Virus record (IMG/VR): IMGVR_UViG_2778261668_000001
Direction: 5' to 3' (one strand)
From: a virus
Lineage: Duplodnaviria > Heunggongvirae > Uroviricota > Caudoviricetes
DNA length: 33,994 nt
The notes beneath the pieces were generated by a model. It did not search any database, had not been told where the DNA came from, and saw nothing but the letters and a program-made list of their open reading frames with translations. Below, piece by piece: positions 29,979 to 33,994 of this stretch. How positions within the stretch are numbered: the stretch's first letter is position 1; every line of letters begins with the position of its first letter. Made by a program: the position numbers and the translations under genes.

Positions 29979-30384
29979 GATCCCATTCATTTTCGTCAAA
30001 ATCATCAAAGTGATGAATTTGTGATCTCCAGTCACGATAATCTAAAAATTTCTGGGCGGTTACGCTTATTTTATCAAGTGTGAGTTCATCCTGAATTGAA
30101 AGAAGAAGTTCATCAAATTTCATCTCATTAATCTGTTTTGGCATCCAGTGATGCTTCATCAGAATAAGGTGAACCAGAGCCTTTTTCCCATTCAACTGAT
30201 TATAGGGAGTGCCGAATTTCTTCCGGTGCTCATGTAAGACAAGGTCCAGAAGAGTAAGTAATGTTGCTCTTGATTCAACTTTGCTTATTTCGACTGATGA
30301 CACTACCCCACTGATTTCAATGCCCCGATACTTTCCAACATTTTCACAGTGGGATTTGTACAGCGTATAGATATTACCGGACAT
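29950..30384 (-). CDS. Hypothetical 144-aa protein, convergent to the pL gene
   Basis: ORF starting MSGNIYTLYKSH with SD AAGGA; no recognised motif; occupies the cI-adjacent position where exclusion genes are often found. Confidence 0.55.
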   Translation of the reverse strand: MSGNIYTLYKSHCENVGKYRGIEISGVVSSVEISKVESRATLLTLLDLVLHEHRKKFGTPYNQLNGKKALVHLILMKHHWMPKQINEMKFDELLLSIQDELTLDKISVTAQKFLDYRDWRSQIHHFDDFDENEWDPNLSAQYLK

Positions 30385-30479
30385 TTCTTTTCCTTTTGCG
30401 TTGTTGGGGATAACCAGATTAACCGAATCCTTGTTGTTGGGGAATAACCAGGTCCACCTCGCCTGATGTGGCTAAAAGC

Positions 30480-30900
30480 AGGCACATAACAGCTAAGTAT
30501 TTTTAACCAGAGAGAATCCTTAGCGTTGTGGTGAATGCGGCTCAGCGCACGCGGGTTAAGGTTGAGGCTGACAGTCGACCTTCTGTGGATACCCACCCGT
30601 CTGGTGTGCAACCTTCGCCAGGCACCGGGAGGCACCCGGCACCACAACTTTATGCTGTGTGTAGTCCTGGAGGTACCAGTTTGTACCCTTGCTTCCGGCT
30701 GGTACCGTCCTTTTTACAAAACAGAGAAGAGCATCACCGGACGACGGGCTCATAACCCAATCCATCCGGGCGGCTGCCACCGCAGGTGTTCTTCTCTGTT
30801 TTGTGGAGAAACTAACCGCCCCTACGGGGGCATTTATGGAAATGTAATTAACTCAATAATCGCCGGACGGTGAGGGCTTCCTTTTACCCGAATTCAGCGC
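30480..30900 (+). ncRNA. Candidate structured RNA or leader (uncharacterised), GC-rich and non-coding
   Basis: No protein-like frame. Nested helices: 9-bp long-range pairing 30525-30533/30640-30648; 8-bp stems at 30558-30565/30575-30582 and 30672-30679/30699-30706; about 25-bp helix 30711-30735/30785-30809 with G.U pairs valid only on the plus strand. Confidence 0.3.
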
Positions 30901-30928
30901 GGTGCAGCGCATATACGTGGAGAACAAA

Positions 30929-31465
30929 ATGTCATTTATTAAAACTTTTTCCGGGAAGCATTTTTATTATGACAGGATAAATAAAGACGACATCGTTATT
31001 AACGATATCGCGGTTTCCCTTTCAAATATCTGTCGCTTTGCAGGACATCTTTCACACTTCTACAGTGTCGCCCAACATGCGGTGCTTTGCAGCCAGCTGG
31101 TGCCGCAGGAATTTGCTTTTGAAGCTTTAATGCATGATGCAACAGAAGCATATTGCCAGGACATCCCCGCACCACTGAAACAACTTCTTCCTGACTATAA
31201 ACGGATGGAAGAAAAAATAGACGCCGTAATCCGTGAGAAATACGGGTTACCTCCTGTTATGAGCACGCCAGTGAAATATGCCGATCTCATTATGCTGGCA
31301 ACCGAACGCCGCGATCTCGGGCTTGATGATGGCTCTTTCTGGCCTGTACTGGAAGGTATCCCGGCAACAGAGATGTTCAAAGTTATTCCACTGGCTCCGA
31401 GCCATGCCTACGGGATGTTTATGGAGCGCTTTAACGAGTTATCGGAGTTACGCACATGTGCATGA
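30929..31465 (+). CDS. HD-domain phosphohydrolase (YfdR-like)
   Basis: HD motifs (H..H ... HD ... D: HFYSVAQHAVL, MHDATEAY, D); SD GGAGAA before ATG at 30929 (ORF-track start at 30902 is GTG). Confidence 0.8.
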   Translation: MSFIKTFSGKHFYYDRINKDDIVINDIAVSLSNICRFAGHLSHFYSVAQHAVLCSQLVPQEFAFEALMHDATEAYCQDIPAPLKQLLPDYKRMEEKIDAVIREKYGLPPVMSTPVKYADLIMLATERRDLGLDDGSFWPVLEGIPATEMFKVIPLAPSHAYGMFMERFNELSELRTCA

Positions 31466-31499
31466 GTCTTTCAACCGAACAATCACTGGAGGGGCAGCA

Positions 31500-31694
31500 A
31501 TGAACAACTTAATGACAACAAAACAAGTCGCCGAATTCTGTGGCGTTTCAATATCGACGGTGCTTCGCTGGAACAGCGTAAACAGGAGGACTGGCCAGAA
31601 ATACAGACCAGATTTTCCAGATCCTGATATTAAATCCTGCCCAAATAAATGGGCATCACGCAAGATATATAGGTTTGCTGGAGTAATAGAGTAA
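31500..31694 (+). CDS. Small HTH DNA-binding protein, AlpA/Xis-like (candidate excisionase)
   Basis: MNNLMTTKQVAEFCGVSISTVLRWN... HTH typical of AlpA/excisionase; SD GGAGG; about 1 kb from the integrase. Confidence 0.6.
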   Translation: MNNLMTTKQVAEFCGVSISTVLRWNSVNRRTGQKYRPDFPDPDIKSCPNKWASRKIYRFAGVIE

Positions 31695-32127
31695 CAAACA
31701 TTAGCTCAAATGAGAGCTGGCACAGATATGGCACAGACCAAACAAATCTGACTGTCTGCTCTGTGCCAGGAGCAGCCATTGCTAAGTCCATCCTGTATTG
31801 TGCAGGTCAGCTCGTTTTTAAAGAGTCCGGCCATCATCTTACTGGTACAGACACCATATACTTTGTGACGGTCAGGCTACATATGCACAACTCAACTTAT
31901 TCATCTATTTTTTGCTTTAGCATGTCAGTGTTGCTTTCTCGTCGGCGGGTGAGCGGTGACCTGACCTGTCGATAAAGGAACGTAGCACGTTTTATGCAAC
32001 ACCCGCATGCGGCAGAAAATTATTGCCGAACGTTTACCCCTGTCAACAAGCTTTACTTTTTGAGGCGCGCCAGCCCGCGAGGAAAACAATCTGAACATCA
32101 AATAATTAATGACACAAGAAATACGAT

Positions 32128-32154
32128 TAAAGATTTTTTTGTGCATGCCGATAG
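32128..32154 (+). promoter_or_regulatory. sigma28 (FliA)-type promoter upstream of flxA
   Basis: TAAAG-N15-GCCGATAG matches the class 3 flagellar consensus TAAA-N15-GCCGATAA; about 25 nt upstream of the flxA start. Confidence 0.6.
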
Positions 32155-32177
32155 TGCTTTTTTAAAAGGAGAAATCT

Positions 32178-32510
32178 ATGTCTGTCACAATTCAGGGGAA
32201 TACCTCAACCGTTATTTCAAACAACTCCGCCCCGGAAGGAACATCAGAAATAGCCAAAATCACAAGACAAATTCAGGTGCTGACTGAAAAGCTTGGGAAA
32301 ATCTCATCGGAAGAGGGGATGACGACACAGCAGAAAAAAGAAATGGCTGCATTGGTACAGAAGCAAATTGAAAGCCTCAGGGCTCAACTGGAGCAGTTGT
32401 TAAGGCAGCAGGCAGAGAAAAAGAATAAAGACGCGACAGTTCAGCCTGATAAAAAAGAAGAGAAAAAAGACGATACAAATACCGCTGGCACCATTGATAT
32501 TTACGTCTAA
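32178..32510 (+). CDS. flxA: FlxA-like protein (FliA-regulated, 110 aa)
   Basis: MSVTIQGNTSTVISNNSAPEGTSEIAKITRQIQVLTEKLGK... recalled as Qin FlxA; supported by the upstream sigma28 promoter. Confidence 0.65.
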   Translation: MSVTIQGNTSTVISNNSAPEGTSEIAKITRQIQVLTEKLGKISSEEGMTTQQKKEMAALVQKQIESLRAQLEQLLRQQAEKKNKDATVQPDKKEEKKDDTNTAGTIDIYV

Positions 32511-32524
32511 GTGACAGCCGTATT

Positions 32525-32548
32525 GTGGCCCTCATCGGGCCACTTTTC
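32525..32548 (+). terminator. Intrinsic terminator after flxA
   Basis: GTGGCCC-tcatc-GGGCCAC followed by TTTT. Confidence 0.6.
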
Positions 32549-32770
32549 GCCATCAGCCTTTTCTTTAAAGACATATTATCTTTGTATCATTTCTGATAGT
32601 TAACATTACAAGATATAAGTAATGGACGCACTCCCAATTAGTCTATTTAAATCGCCACGAGTTTAACTGACAACCCATGATCAATTATGAATTGCAACTA
32701 TTTCTGTAGTCACTTTTGTGGGGACAGTCCACAAAACTGCCAACTTCCGCTTCTTGCTCAAAGCGGACTG

Positions 32771-33994
32771 TCAGTTGCTGTCTGAACCAGTACAAGTAAC
32801 GATCGATTCAACTCTCTCCCACCATGCCTGGTAAGCTTTACGCTGTTCTTCTAAATAATCGCTCTTGTCATAAACCTGCCATACCCCTGGCAGTTTATGA
32901 CCGAGCATTATTTCTGCAATATGAGGCGCAGTAAGATCAGAAAAGTTTGTTCGTGCTGTTCGTCTCAAATCATGAAGAGACCAATGGGGGAATTGATACC
33001 CTAAACGCCGCCATGCGTACTGCATTAAATTGTAAGGCAGCGACTGCAATGATGTCCGACCAACGGGTTCCCTACATCCTTCCTTAGTAAAAAGCATATC
33101 GGAACCATTGTTCATAGAGATAACGTACTTTATAAGCTCTTCAACCGGTTCAATAATGGGACGCTTTAGCGGTTCACCTGTTATATCCCCTGTCTTATGT
33201 CGTTCTGGCGGTACAGTCCATACCTTATTAATGAAATCAAAATCATCCACCCTAGCGGTAATTAGCTCTGAACTACGGCAGCCAAAATGCAGCAATAGTT
33301 TAATGAAGGCCCGGTATTTAGGAACCATTCGAGAACCATCGATCGCAGCATAAAGGATTTTAATTTCATCATGTGTCAGAAACCGTTTCTTCTGACCTTT
33401 ACGGATATCCATATCTTTACCCGTGATATCCGACAGCGGGCGAGTTTCAATAAGCTTTCTCTTATACGCCCAGACGTGGGCCTGCTTTGCGTTAATTAGC
33501 AATCGGTCTGCTATTGCAGGAGTCTTAGTGCTAAGAGGCTCCAGGACTTCTAACCAATCATGCAATGTAGCTGCATCGTGAGGGATATTCCCGATTTTAG
33601 AGAACAGGTGCAGCTCAAACGAGCGGAGTATCTGTTCAGAACCTTTTTTATTTTTTACACAATATGCTTCATACCAAGCACGGATCACAGACTCTACCGT
33701 CATGGCTTCAGTAGCTTTTCGTTTTTCAGCCTGCTTGACCAATCGTGGATTGCGGTTTGACTCGAGTTCACCACGAAGACGGATAACTTCTTCTCTGGCC
33801 TCTTTTAGTCCAGTTGCCGGGTAAGTTCCGATATCAAGACGCTCACCTTTCCCCGCCCACTGATAACGATATTGGAACACTACGCGACCTTTCGGTGATA
33901 CTCTAACAGACAGACCATCACGATCGGATTTAACCAAAACCTTATCACGTTCCTTTCCAACGACTGAACGCAACCACGCATCAGACAGCGCCAT
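32771..33994 (-). CDS. int: Tyrosine integrase (P4-like, N-terminal arm-binding domain); start codon is the last base of the window
   Basis: 407 aa; N-terminal DUF4102-like domain (MALSDAWLRSV...GLSVRVSPKGRVVFQYRYQWAGKGERLDIGTYP); C-terminal catalytic residues (R...HDLRRT...Y). Confidence 0.9.
   Translation of the reverse strand: MALSDAWLRSVVGKERDKVLVKSDRDGLSVRVSPKGRVVFQYRYQWAGKGERLDIGTYPATGLKEAREEVIRLRGELESNRNPRLVKQAEKRKATEAMTVESVIRAWYEAYCVKNKKGSEQILRSFELHLFSKIGNIPHDAATLHDWLEVLEPLSTKTPAIADRLLINAKQAHVWAYKRKLIETRPLSDITGKDMDIRKGQKKRFLTHDEIKILYAAIDGSRMVPKYRAFIKLLLHFGCRSSELITARVDDFDFINKVWTVPPERHKTGDITGEPLKRPIIEPVEELIKYVISMNNGSDMLFTKEGCREPVGRTSLQSLPYNLMQYAWRRLGYQFPHWSLHDLRRTARTNFSDLTAPHIAEIMLGHKLPGVWQVYDKSDYLEEQRKAYQAWWERVESIVTCTGSDSN

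Noticed and set aside
30640-30875. Hok-like type I toxin ORF inside the structured region (for example a frame beginning MLCVVLEVPV)
   Set aside because: Translations lack the Hok family signature and a clean single transmembrane toxin architecture; the frames look like GC-rich noise.
30480-30900. Retron msr/msd for the structured GC-rich element
   Set aside because: No reverse transcriptase gene follows or precedes it; the adjacent gene is an HD hydrolase. Structured RNA remains the working hypothesis, but not a retron.
31763-32287. Small ORFs (70-97 aa) on both strands between the Xis-like gene and flxA
   Set aside because: Mutually overlapping, no RBS, non-protein-like composition; the region is better explained as the flxA upstream region containing the sigma28 promoter.
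32560-33994. attL/attR core or a flanking tRNA gene at the integrase end
   Set aside because: No tRNA-like sequence is present in the window; the integrase start is at the last base, so its upstream region and any tRNA target lie outside the window. Only a hairpin (about 32720-32750) was seen downstream of int.

Overview
The whole window reads as one lambdoid prophage of an enterobacterial (E. coli-like) host, with most genes on the minus strand. Identifications rest on recalled protein-family signatures and gene order; no database search was possible. From right to left: a tyrosine integrase whose start codon is the last base of the window, a sigma28-driven flxA-like gene, an Xis/AlpA-like gene and an HD-domain hydrolase, then the immunity region (cI repressor with LexA-like peptidase domain, cro, operators). 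Continuing left: a replication initiator with an in-gene iteron array, a nin-like block (Dam methylase, RusA, KilA-N, DUF968), antiterminator Q with a pR'/tR' unit, cold-shock morons (cspF, cspB, cspI), a lysis cassette (pinholin, lysozyme, Rz/Rz1), a GnsB-like gene, and a packaging and head module (TerS, TerL, W, portal, protease-capsid fusion). The tail module is collapsed: major tail gene V abuts a C-terminal fragment of J, so G through I are missing and the prophage is probably tail-defective, although lom, stf, tfa and a Pin invertase remain. The most interesting unexplained loci are (1) a roughly 0.5 kb GC-rich, highly base-paired non-coding element with plus-strand-specific G.U pairs upstream of the HD hydrolase, next to a convergent pair of unknown genes just beyond cI/OL; and (2) an unknown 183-aa gene translationally coupled to the holin, overlapped by an antisense small gene with its own terminator.
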